Source: Auanema rhodensis (taxonomy: Eukaryota > Animalia > Nematoda). From it: a DNA stretch of 64,000 bases. The translations under genes and the position numbers were made by a program. Position 1 is the first letter of the stretch. Every line of letters starts with the position of its first letter. The notes beneath the pieces were generated by a model. That model was given only the letters and a program-made list of their open reading frames with translations, had not been told where the DNA came from and made no database searches. Where the stretch lies: assembly GCA_964057225.1 (NCBI GenBank), contig OZ059898.1:20646001-20710000 (forward strand), written 5' to 3'. This document shows, piece by piece, positions 1 to 13,685 of the stretch.

Positions 1-3000
1 ATATCAGTTGATATCTCGGTGCATTTTTAAGCTAGCGCAAATCTGATAACACAGATCGACGCAGCTTAAAAATCCGCATCGAATGCACTATACTACATTG
101 AGAAAAGCTTAATACAAAAATTAGTTATGATCCCTTGAAAAATGATGCATTAGTGTATGTTGAGTTTCCATGTACACTCAACAATGCTTCCAAAAACACT
201 TTGACAAAAATTTTTTCGAAAAATTTCAAAATAATTTAGCAAAAAGTAGATGTTTTTAGATTCCATTTTTCAAGGCAAAGACGATGGACAATGTTATTCA
301 ACGAAAAAATTAATTCTTCAGGGTGAAAATCGAGGATATAAGTGTGAACTTATATCAGTTGATATCTCGGTGCATTTTTAAGCTAGCGCAAATCTGATAA
401 CACAGATCGGCGCAGCTTAAAAATCCGCATCGATTGCACTATACTACATTGAGAAACGCTTAATACAAAAATTAGTTATGATCCTTTGAAAAATGATGCA
501 TTAGTGTATGTTGAGTTTCCATGTACACTCAACAATGCTTCCAAAAACACTTTGACAAAAATTTTTTCGAAAAATTTCAAAATAATTTAGCAAAAAGTAG
601 ATGTTTTTAGATTCCTTTTTTCAAGGCAAAGACGATGGACAATGTTATTCAACGAAAAAATTATTCCTTCAGGGTGAAAATCGAGGATATAAGTGTGAAC
701 TTATATCAGTTGATATCTCGGTGCATTTTTAAGCTAGCGCAAATCTGATAACACAGATCGATGCAGCTTAAAAATCCGCATCGAATGCACTATACTACAT
801 TGAGAAACGCTTAATACAAAAATTAGTTATGATCGTTTGAAAAATGATGCATTAGTGTATGTTGAGTTTCCATGTACACTCAACATTGCTTCCAAAAACA
901 TTTTGACAAAAATTTTTTCGAAAAATTTCAAAATAATTTAGCAAAAAGTAGATGTTTTTAAATTTCTTATTTCAAGACAAAGACGATGGACATTGTTATT
1001 CAACGAAAAAATTAATTCTTCAGGGTGAAAATCGAGGATATAAGTGTGAACTTATATCAGTTGATATCTCGGTGCATTTTTAAGCTAGCGCAAATCTGAT
1101 AACACAGATCGACGCAGCTTAAAAATCCGCATCGAATGCACTATACTACATTGAGAAACGCTTAATACAAAAATTAGTTATGATCGTTTGAAAAATGATG
1201 CATTAGTGTATGTTGAGTTTCCATGTACACTCAACATTGCTTCCAAAAACATTTTGACAAAAATTTTTTCGAAAAATTTCAAAATAATTTAGCAAAAAGT
1301 AGATGTTTTTAGATTCCTTTATTCAAGGCAAAGACGATGGACAATGTTATTCAACGAAAAAATTAATTCTTCAGGGTGAAAATCGAGGATATAAGTGTGA
1401 ACTTATATCAGTTGATATCTCGGTGCATTTTTAAGCTAGCGCAAATCTGATAACACAGATCGACGCAGCTTAAGAATCCGCATCGAATGCACTATACTAC
1501 ATTGAGAAAAGCTTAATACAAAAATTAGTTATGATCCCTTGAAAAATGATGCATTAGTGTATGTTGAGTTTCCATGTACACTCAACAATGCTTCCAAAAA
1601 CACTTTGACAAAAATTTTTTCGAAAAATTTCAAAATAATTTAGCAAAAAGTAGATGTTTTTAGATTCCTTTTTTCAAGGCAAAGACGATGGACAATGTTA
1701 TTCAACGAAAAAATTATTCCTTCAGGGTGAAAATCGAGGATATAAGTGTGAACTTATATCAGTTGATATCTCGGTGCATTTTTAAGCTAGCGCAAATCTG
1801 ATAACACAGATCGACGCAGCTTAAAAATCCGCATCGAATGCACTATACTACATTGAGAAACGCTTAATACAAAAATTAGTTATGATCGTTTGAAAAATGA
1901 TGCATTAGTGTATGTTGAGTTTCCATGTACACTCAACATTGCTTCCAAAAACATTTTGACAAAAATTTTTTTGAAAAATTTCAGAATAATTTAGCAAAAA
2001 GTAGATGTTTTTAGATTCCATTTTTCAAGGCAAAGACGATGGACAATGTTATTCAACGAAAAAATTAATTCTTCAGGGTGAAAATCGAGGATATAAGTGT
2101 GAACTTATATCAGTTGATATCTCGGTGCATTTTTAAGCTAGCGCAAATCTGATAACACAGATCGGCGCAGCTTAAAAATCCGCATCGAATGCACTATACT
2201 ACATTGAGAAACGCTTAATACAAAAATTAGTTATGATCCTTTGAAAAATGATGCATTAGTGTATGTTGAGTTTCCATGTACACTCAACAATGCTTCCAAA
2301 AACACTTTGACAAAAATTTTTTCGAAAAATTTCAGAATAATTTAGCAAAAAGTAGATGTTTTTAGATTCCTTTTTTCAAGGCAAAGACGATGGACAATGT
2401 TATTCAACGAAAAAATTATTCCTTCAGGGTGAAAATCGAGGATATAAGTGTGAACTTATATCAGTTGATATCTCGCTGCATTTTTAAGCTAGCGCAAATC
2501 TGATAACACAGATCGACGCAGCTTAAAAATCCGCATCGAATGCACTATACTACATTGAGAAACGCTTAATACAAAAATTAGTTATGATCGTTTGAAAAAT
2601 GATGCATTAGTGTATGTTGAGTTTCCATGTACACTCAACATTGCTTCCAAAAACATTTTGACAAAAATTTTTTCGAAAAATTTCAAAATAAATTAGCAAA
2701 AAGTAGATGTTTTTAGATTCCTTTATTCAAGGCAAAGACGATGGACAATGTTATTCAACGAAAAAATTAATTCTTCAGGGTGAAAATCGAGGATATAAGT
2801 GTGAACTTATATCACTTGATATCTCGGTGCATTTTTAAGCTAGCGCAAATCTGATAACACAGATCGACGCAGCTTAAGAATCCGCATCGAATGCACTATA
2901 CTACATTGAGAAAAGCTTAATACAAAAATTAGTTATGATCCCTTGAAAAATGATGCATTAGTGTATGTTGAGTTTCCATGTACACTCAACAATGCTTCCA

Positions 3001-6000
3001 AAAACACTTTGACAAAAATTTTTTCGAAAAATTTCAAAATAATTTAGCAAAAAGTAGATGTTTTTAGATTCCTTTTTTCAAGGCAAAGACGATGGACAAT
3101 GTTATTCAACGAAAAAATTATTCCTTCAGGGTGAAAATCGAGGATATAAGTGTGAACTTATATCAGTTGATATCTCGGTGCATTTTTAAGCTAGCGCAAA
3201 TCTGATAACACAGATCGACGCAGCTTAAAAATCCGCATCGAATGCACTATACTACATTGAGAAACGCTTAATACAAAAATTAGTTATGATCGTTTGAAAA
3301 ATGATGCATTAGTGTATGTTGAGTTTCCATGTACACTCAACATTGCTTCCAAAAACATTTTGACAAAAATTTTTTTGAAAAATTTCAGAATAATTTAGCA
3401 AAAAGTAGATGTTTTTAGATTCCATTTTTCAAGGCAAAGACGATGGACAATGTTATTCAACGAAAAAATTAATTCTTCAGGGTGAAAATCGAGGATATAA
3501 GTGTGAACTTATATCAGTTGATATCTCGGTGCATTTTTAAGCTAGCGCAAATCTGATAACACAGATCGGCGCAGCTTAAAAATACGCATCGAATGCACTA
3601 TACTACATTGAGAAACGCTTAATACAAAAATTAGTTATGATCCTTTGAAAAATGATGCATTAGTGTATGTTGAGTTTCCATGTACACTCAACAATGCTTC
3701 CAAAAACACTTTGACAAAAATTTTTTCGAAAAATTTCAAAATAATTTAGCAAAAAGTAGATGTTTTTAGATTCCTTTTTTCAAGGCAAAGACGATGGACA
3801 ATGTTATTCAACGAAAAAATTATTCCTTCAGGGTGAAAATCGAGGATATAAGTGTGAACTTATATCAGTTGATATCTCGCTGCATTTTTAAGCTAGCGCA
3901 AATCTGATAACACAGATCGACGCAGCTTAAAAATCCGCATCGAATGCACTATACTACATTGAGAAACGCTTAATACAAAAATTAGTTATGATCGTTTGAA
4001 AAATGATGCATTAGTGTATGTTGAGTTTCCATGTACACTCAACATTGCTTCCAAAAACATTTTGACAAAAATTTTTTCGAAAAATTTCAAAATAATTTAG
4101 CAAAAAGTAGATGTTTTTAGATTCCTTTATTCAAGGCAAAGACGATGGACAATGTTATTCAACGAAAAATATAATTCTTCAGGGTGAAAATCGAGGATAT
4201 AAGTGTGAACTTATATCACTTGATATCTCGGTGCATTTTTAAGCTAGCGCAAATCTGATAACACAGATCGACGCAGCTTAAAAATCCGCATCGAATGCAC
4301 TATACTACATTGAGAAAAGCTTAATACAAAAATTAGTTATGATCCCTTGAAAAATGATGCATTAGTGTATGTTGAGTTTCCATGTACACTCAACAATGCT
4401 TCCAAAAACACTTTGACAAAAATTTTTTCGAAAAATTTCAAAATAATTTAGCAAAAAGTAGATGTTTTTAGATTCCTTTTTTCAAGGCAAAGACGATGGA
4501 CAATGTTATTCAACGAAAAAATTATTCCTTCAGGGTGAAAATCGAGGATATAAGTGTGAACTTATATCAGTTGATATCTCGGTGCATTTTTAAGCTAGCG
4601 CAAATCTGATAACACAGATCGACGCAGCTTAAAAATCCGCATCGAATGCACTATACTACATTGAGAAACGCTTAATACAAAAATTAGTTATGATCGTTTG
4701 AAAAATGATGCATTAGTGTATGTTGAGTTTCCATGTACACTCAACATTGCTTCCAAAAACATTTTGACAAAAATTTTTTTGAAAAATTTCAGAATAATTT
4801 AGCAAAAAGTAGATGTTTTTAGATTCCATTTTTCAAGGCAAAGACGATGGACAATGTTATTCAACGAAAAAATTAATTCTTCAGGGTGAAAATCGAGGAT
4901 ATAAGTGTGAACTTATATCAGTTGATATCTCGGTGCATTTTTAAGCTAGCGCAAATCTGATAACACAGATCGGCGCAGCTTAAAAATCCGCATCGATTGC
5001 ACTATACTACATTGAGAAACGCTTAATACAAAAATTAGTTATGATCCTTTGAAAAATGATGCATTAGTGTATGTTGAGTTTCCATGTACACTCAACAATG
5101 CTTCCAAAAACACTTTGACAAAAATTTTTTCGAAAAATTTCAAAATAATTTAGCAAAAAGTAGATGTTTTTAGATTCCTTTTTTCAAGGCAAAGACGATG
5201 GACAATGTTATTCAACGAAAAAATTATTCCTTCAGGGTGAAAATCGAGGATATAAGTGTGAACTTATATCAGTTGATATCTCGGTGCATTTTTAAGCTAG
5301 CGCAAATCTGATAACACAGATCGATGCAGCTTAAAAATCCGCATCGAATGCACTATACTACATTGAGAAACGCTTAATACAAAAATTAGTTATGATCGTT
5401 TGAAAAATGATGCATTAGTGTATGTTGAGTTTCCATGTACACTCAACATTGCTTCCAAAAACATTTTGACAAAAATTTTTTCGAAAAATTTCAAAATAAT
5501 TTAGCAAAAAGTAGATGTTTTTAAATTTCTTATTTCAAGACAAAGACGATGGACATTGTTATTCAACGAAAAAATTAATTCTTCAGGGTGAAAATCGAGG
5601 ATATAAGTGTGAACTTATATCAGTTGATATCTCGGTGCATTTTTAAGCTAGCGCAAATCTGATAACACAGATCGACGCAGCTTAAAAATCCGCATCGAAT
5701 GCACTATACTACATTGAGAAACGCTTAATACAAAAATTAGTTATGATCGTTTGAAAAATGATGCATTAGTGTATGTTGAGTTTCCATGTACACTCAACAT
5801 TGCTTCCAAAAACATTTTGACAAAAATTTTTTCGAAAAATTTCAAAATAATTTAGCAAAAAGTAGATGTTTTTAGATTCCTTTATTCAAGGCAAAGACGA
5901 TGGACAATGTTATTCAACGAAAAAATTAATTCTTCAGGGTGAAAATCGAGGATATAAGTGTGAACTTATATCAGTTGATATCTCGGTGCATTTTTAAGCT

Positions 6001-9000
6001 AGCGCAAATCTGATAACACAGATCGACGCAGCTTAAAAATCCGCATCGAATGCACTATACTACATTGAGAAACGCTTAATACAAAAATTAGTTATGATCG
6101 TTTGAAAAATGATGCATTAGTGTATGTTGAGTTTCCATGTACACTCAACATTGCTTCCAAAAACATTTTGACAAAAATTTTTTCGAAAAATTTCAAAATA
6201 ATTTAGCAAAAAGTAGATGTTTTTAAATTTCTTATTTCAAGACAAAGACGATGGACATTGTTATTCAACGAAAAAATTAATTCTTCAGGGTGAAAATCGA
6301 GGATATAAGTGTGAACTTATATCAGTTGATATCTCGGTGCATTTTTAAGCTAGCGCAAATCTGATAACACAGATCGACGCAGCTTAAAAATCCGCATCGA
6401 ATGCACTATACTACATTGAGAAACGCTTAATACAAAAATTAGTTATGATCGTTTGAAAAATGATGCATTAGTGTATGTTGAGTTTCCATGTACACTCAAC
6501 ATTGCTTCCAAAAACATTTTGACAAAAATTTTTTTGAAAAATTTCAGAATAATTTAGCAAAAAGTAGATGTTTTTAGATTCCATTTTTCAAGGCAAAGAC
6601 GATGGACAATGTTATTCAACGAAAAAATTAATTCTTCAGGGTGAAAATCGAGGATATATGTGTGAACTTATATCAGTTGATATCTCGGTGCATTTTTAAG
6701 CTAGCGCAAATCTGATAACACAGATCGGCGCAGCTTAAAAATCCGCATCGAATGCACTATACTACATTGAGAAACGCTTAATACAAAAATTAGTTATGAT
6801 CCTTTGAAAAATGATGCATTAGTGTATGTTGAGTTTCCATGTACACTCAACAATGCTTCCAAAAACACTTTGACAAAAATTTTTTCGAAAAATTTCAAAA
6901 TAATTTAGCAAAAAGTAGATGTTTTTAGATTCCTTTTTTCAAGGCAAAGACGATGGACAATGTTATTCAACGAAAAAATTATTCCTTCAGGGTGAAAATC
7001 GAGGATATAAGTGTGAACTTATATCAGTTGATATCTCGCTGCATTTTTAAGCTAGCGCAAATCTGATAACACAGATCGACGCAGCTTAAAAATCCGCATC
7101 GAATGCACTATACTACATTGAGAAACGCTTAATACAAAAATTAGTTATGATCGTTTGAAAAATGATGCATTAGTGTATGTTGAGTTTCCATGTACACTCA
7201 ACATTGCTTCCAAAAACATTTTGACAAAAATTTTTTCGAAAAATTTCAAAATAATTTAGCAAAAAGTAGATGTTTTTAGATTCCTTTATTCAAGGCAAAG
7301 ACGATGGACAATGTTATTCAACGAAAAAATTAATTCTTCAGGGTGAAAATCGAGGATATAAGTGTGAACTTATATCAGTTGATATCTCGGTGCATTTTTA
7401 AGCTAGCGCAAATCTGATAACACAGATCGACGCAGCTTAAAAATCCGCATCGAATGCACTATACTACATTGAGAAAAGCTTAATACAAAAATTAGTTATG
7501 ATCCCTTGAAAAATGATGCATTAGTGTATGTTGAGTTTCCATGTACACTCAACAATGCTTCCAAAAACACTTTGACAAAAATTTTTTCGAAAAATTTCAA
7601 AATAATTTAGCAAAAAGTAGATGTTTTTAGATTCCTTTTTTCAAGGCAAAGACGATGGACAATGTTATTCAACGAAAAAATTATTCCTTCAGGGTGAAAA
7701 TCGAGGATATAAGTGTGAACTTATATCAGTTGATATCTCGGTGCATTTTTAAGCTAGCGCAAATCTGATAACACAGATCGACGCAGCTTAAAAATCCGCA
7801 TCGAATGCACTATACTACATTGAGAAACGCTTAATACAAAAATTAGTTATGATCGTTTGAAAAATGATGCATTAGTGTATGTTGAGTTTCCATGTACACT
7901 CAACATTGCTTCCAAAAACATTTTGACAAAAATTTTTTCGAAAAATTTCAAAATAATTTAGCAAAAAGTAGATGTTTTTAAATTTCTTATTTCAAGACAA
8001 AGACGATGGACATTGTTATTCAACGAAAAAATTAATTCTTCAGGGTGAAAATCGAGGATATAAGTGTGAACTTATATCAGTTGATATCTCGGTGCATTTT
8101 TAAGCTAGCGCAAATCTGATAACACAGATCGACGCAGCTTAAAAATCCGCATCGAATGCACTATACTACATTGAGAAACGCTTAATACAAAAATTAGTTA
8201 TGATCGTTTGAAAAATGATGCATTAGTGTATGTTGAGTTTCCATGTACACTCAACATTGCTTCCAAAAACATTTTGACAAAAATTTTTTCGAAAAATTTC
8301 AAAATAATTTAGCAAAAAGTAGATGTTTTTAAATTTCTTATTTCAAGACAAAGACGATGGACATTGTTATTCAACGAAAAAATTAATTCTTCAGGGTGAA
8401 AATCGAGGATATAAGTGTGAACTTATATCAGTTGATATCTCGGTGCATTTTTAAGCTAGCGCAAATCTGATAACACAGATCGACGCAGCTCAAAAATCCG
8501 CATCGAATGCACTATACTACATTGAGAAACGCTTAATACAAAAATTAGTTATGATCGTTTGAAAAATGATGCATTAGTGTATGTTGAGTTTCCATGTACA
8601 CTCAACATTGCTTCCAAAAACATTTTGACAAAAATTTTTTCGAAAAATTTCAAAATAATTTAGCAAAAAGTAGATGTTTTTAAATTTCTTATTTCAAGAC
8701 AAAGACGATGGACATTGTTATTCAACGAAAAAATTAATTCTTCAGGGTGAAAATCGAGGATATAAGTGTGAACTTATATCAGTTGATATCTCGGTGCATT
8801 TTTAAGCTAGCGCAAATCTGATAACACAGATCGACGCAGCTCAAAAATCCGCATCGAATGCACTATACTACATTGAGAAACGCTTAATACAAAAATTAGT
8901 TATGATCGTTTGAAAAATGATGCATTAGTGTATGTTGAGTTTCCATGTACACTCAACATTGCTTCCAAAAACATTTTGACAAAAATTTTTTTGAAAAATT

Positions 9001-11406
9001 TCAGAATAATTTAGCAAAAAGTAGATGTTTTTAGATTCCATTTTTCAAGGCAAAGACGATGGACAATGTTATTCAACGAAAAAATTAATTCTTCAGGGTG
9101 AAAATCGAGGATATAAGTGTGAACTTATATCAGTTGATATCTCGGTGCATTTTTAAGCTCGCGCAAATCTGATAACACAGATCGGCGCAGCTTAAAAATC
9201 CGCATCGAATGCACTATACTACATTGAGAAACGCTTAATACAAAAATTAGTTATGATCCTTTGAAAAATGATGCATTAGTGTATGTTGAGTTTCCATGTA
9301 CACTCAACAATGCTTCCAAAAACACTTTGACAAAAATTTTTTCGAAAAATTTCAAAATAATTTAGCAAAAAGTAGATGTTTTTAGATTCCTTTTTTCAAG
9401 GCAAAGACGATGGACAATGTTATTCAACGAAAAAATTATTCCTTCAGGGTGAAAATCGAGGATATAAGTGTGAACTTATATCAGTTGATATCTCGCTGCA
9501 TTTTTAAGCTAGCGCAAATCTGATAACACAGATCGACGCAGCTTAAAAATCCGCATCGAATGCACTATACTACATTGAGAAACGCTTAATACAAAAATTA
9601 GTTATGATCGTTTGAAAAATGATGCATTAGTGTATGTTGAGTTTCCATGTACACTCAACATTGCTTCCAAAAACATTTTGACAAAAATTTTTTCGAAAAA
9701 TTTCAAAATAATTTAGCAAAAAGTAGATGTTTTTAGATTCCTTTATTCAAGGCAAAGACGATGGACAATGTTATTCAACGAAAAAATTAATTCTTCAGGG
9801 TGAAAATCGAGGATATAAGTGTGAACTTATATCAGTTGATATCTCGGTGCATTTTTAAGCTAGCGCAAATCTGATAACACAGATCGACGCAGCTTAAAAA
9901 TCCGCATCGAATGCACTATACTACATTGAGAAAAGCTTAATACAAAAATTAGTTATGATCCCTTGAAAAATGATGCATTAGTGTATGTTGAGTTTCCATG
10001 TACACTCAACAATGCTTCCAAAAACACTTTGACAAAAATTTTTTCGAAAAATTTCAAAATAATTTAGCAAAAAGTAGATGTTTTTAGATTCCTTTTTTCA
10101 AGGCAAAGACGATGGACAATGTTATTCAACGAAAAAATTATTCCTTCAGGGTGAAAATCGAGGATATAAGTGTGAACTTATATCAGTTGATATCTCGGTG
10201 CATTTTTAAGCTAGCGCAAATCTGATAACACAGATCGACGCAGCTTAAAAATCCGCATCGAATGCACTATACTACATTGAGAAACGCTTAATACAAAAAT
10301 TAGTTATGATCGTTTGAAAAATGATGCATTAGTGTATGTTGAGTTTCCATGTACACTCAACATTGCTTCCAAAAACATTTTGACAAAAATTTTTTCGAAA
10401 AATTTCAAAATAATTTAGCAAAAAGTAGATGTTTTTAAATTTTTTATTTCAAGACAAAGACGATGGACATTGTTATTCAACGAAAAAATTAATTCTTCAG
10501 GGTGAAAATCGAGGATATAAGTGTGAACTTATATCAGTTGATATCTCGGTGCATTTTTAAGCTAGCGCAAATCTGATAACACAGATCGACGCAGCTTAAA
10601 AATCCGCATCGAATGCACTATACTACATTGAGAAACGCTTAATACAAAAATTAGTTATGATCGTTTGAAAAATGATGCATTAGTGTATGTTGAGTTTCCA
10701 TGTACACTCAACATTGCTTCCAAAAACATTTTGACAAAAATTTTTTCGAAAAATTTCAAAATAATTTAGCAAAAAGTAGATGTTTTTAGATTCCTTTATT
10801 CAAGGCAAAGACGATGGACAATGTTATTCAACGAAAAAATTAATTCTTCAGGGTGAAAATCGAGGATATAAGTGTGAACTTATATCAGTTGATATCTCGG
10901 TGCATTTTTAAGCTAGCGCAAATCTGATAACACAGATCGACGCAGCTTAAAAATCCGCATCGAATGCACTATACTACATTGAGAAACGCTTAATACAAAA
11001 ATTAGTTATGATCCCTTGAAAAATGATGCATTAGTGTATGTTGAGTTTCCATGTACACTCAACATTGCTTCCAAAAACATTTTGACAAAAATTTTTTCGA
11101 AAAATTTCAAAATAATTTAGCAAAAAGTAGATGTTTTTAGATTCCTTTATTCAAGGCAAAGACGATGAACAATGTTATTCAACGAAAAAATTAATTCTTC
11201 AGGGTGAAAATCGAGGATATAAGTGTGAACTTATATCAGTTGATATCTCGGTGCATTTTTAAGCTAGCGCAAATCTGATAACACAGATCGACGCAGCTTA
11301 AAAATCCGCATCGAATGCACTATACTACATTGAGAAACGCTTAATACAAAAATTAGTTATGATCGTTTGAAAAATGATGCATTAGTGTATGTTGAGTTTC
11401 CATGTA
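1..11406. repeat. 351-bp tandem satellite array, ~32.5 copies, open at left window edge
   Basis: ATATCAGTTGATATCTCG recurs at 1, 352, 703 ... 7021 (20 x 351). Monomers differ by a few substitutions. The array stops at offset 174 of the 33rd unit (...TTTCCATGTA). Confidence 0.99.
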
Positions 11407-13685
11407 GTTTTTAGACTAATATGGACATGGGGAATCTAATTTTGAAAACCGCATCTCTTTATCTTTCACGTGAAGCGAGTTACATACCAAGTGCACATCA
11501 CGTGTACATTTAATTAGCATAAATTAAAGTTCACGTAAATTTCAAAGTCATGGTTACCATGAACCAATATCAATAAAAATTTGTTTTTAAACTAATATGG
11601 ACATGGGGAATCCAATTTCGAAAACCGCATCTCTTTATCTTTCACGTGAAGCGAGTTACATACCAAGTGCACATCACGTGTACATTTAATTAGCATAAAT
11701 TAAAGTTCACGTAAATTTCAAAGTCATGGTTACCATGAACCAATATCAATAAAAATTTGTTTTTAGACTAATATGGACATGGGGAATCTAATTTCGAAAA
11801 CCGCATCTCTTTATCTTTCACGTGAAGCGAGTTACATACCAAGTGCACAACACGTGTACATTTAATTAGCATAAATTAAAGTTCACGTAAATTTCAAAGT
11901 CATGGTTACCATGAACCAATAACAATAAAAATTTGTTTTTAAACTAATATGGACATGGGGAATCCAATTTCGAAAACCGCATCTCTTTATCTTTCACGTG
12001 AAGCGAGTTACCTACCAAGTGCACATCACGTGTACATTTAATTAGCATAAATTAAAGTTCACGTAAATTTCAAAGTCATGGTTACCATGAACCAATATCA
12101 ATAAAAATTTGTTTTTAGACTAATATGGACATGAGGAATCTAATTTTGAAAACCGCATCTCTTTATCTTTCACGTGAAGCGAGTTACATACCAAGTGCAC
12201 ATCACGTGTACATTTAATTAGCATAAATTAAAGTTCACGTAAATTTCAAAGTCATGGTTACCATGAACCAATATCAATAAAAATTTGTTTTTAAACTAAT
12301 ATGGACATGGGGAATCTAATTTCGAAAACCGCATCTCTTTATCTTTCACGTGAAGCGAGTTACATACCAAGTGCACATCACGTGTACATTTAATTAGCAT
12401 AAATTAAAGTTCACGTAAATTTCAAAGTCATGGTTACCATGAACCAATATCAATAAAAATTTGTTTTTAGACTAATATGGACATGGGGAATCTAATTTCA
12501 AAAACCGCATCTCTTTATCTTTCACGTGAAGCGAGTTACATACCAAGTGCACATCACGTGTACATTTAATTAGCATAAATTAAAGTTCACGTAAATTTCA
12601 AAGTCATGGTTACCATGAACCAATATCAATAAAAATTTGTTTTTAGACTAATATGGACATGGGGAATCTAATTTTGAAAACCGCATCTCTTTATCTTTCA
12701 CGTGAAGCGAGTTACATACCAAGTGCACATCACGTGTACATTTAATTAGCATAAATTAAAGTTCACGTAAATTTCAAAGTCATGGTTACCATGAACCAAT
12801 ATCAATAAAAATTTGTTTTTAGACTAATATGGACATGGGGAATCTAATTTCGAAAACCGCATCTCTTTATCTTTCACGTGAAGCGAGTTACATACCAAGT
12901 GCACATCACGTGTACATTTAATTAGCATAAATTAAAGTTCACGTAAATTTCAAAGTCATGGTTACCATGAACCAATATCAATAAAAATTTGTTTTTAGAC
13001 TAATATGGACATGGGGAATCTAATTTCAAAAACCGCATCTCTTTATCTTTCACGTGAAGCGAGTTACATACCAAGTGCACATCACGTGTACATTTAATTA
13101 GCATAAATTAAAGTTCACGTAAATTTCAAAGTCATGGTTACCATGAACCAATATCAATAAAAATTTGTTTTTAGACTAATATGGACATGGGGAATCTAAT
13201 TTTGAAAACCGCATCTCTTTATCTTTCACGTGAAGCGAGTTACATACCAAGTGCACATCACGTGTACATTTAATTAGCATAAATTAAAGTTCACGTAAAT
13301 TTCAAAGTCATGGTTACCATGAACCAATATCAATAAAAATTTGTTTTTAGACTAATATGGACATGGGGAATCTAACTTTGAAAACCGCATCTCTTTATCT
13401 TTCACGTGAAGCGAGTTACATACCAAGTGCACATCACGTGTACATTTAATTAGCATAAATTAAAGTTCACGTAAATTTCAAAGTCATGGTTACCATAAAC
13501 CAATATCAATAAAAATTTGTTTTTAGACTAATATGGACATGGGGAATCTAATTTTGAAAACCGCATCTCTTTATCTTTCACGTGAAGCGAGTTACATACC
13601 AAGTGCACATCACGTGTACATTTAATTAGCATAAATTAAAGTTCACGTAAATTTCAAAGTCATGGTTACCATGCACCAATATCAA
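11407..13685 (-). repeat. 176-bp satellite, inverted block of ~13 monomers
   Basis: Unit GTTTTTAGACTAATATGGACATGGGGAATC... is the reverse complement of the unit found from 13686 onward. Period is 176. Confidence 0.98.

Noticed and set aside
1-11600. 351-bp unit as a diverged dimer of the 176-bp unit
   Set aside because: Only short AT-rich words are shared (TGTTTTTAGA, CCGCATC, AAATTTCAAA, GTGAACTT) and I could not place them collinearly. A formal alignment with shuffled controls would be needed.
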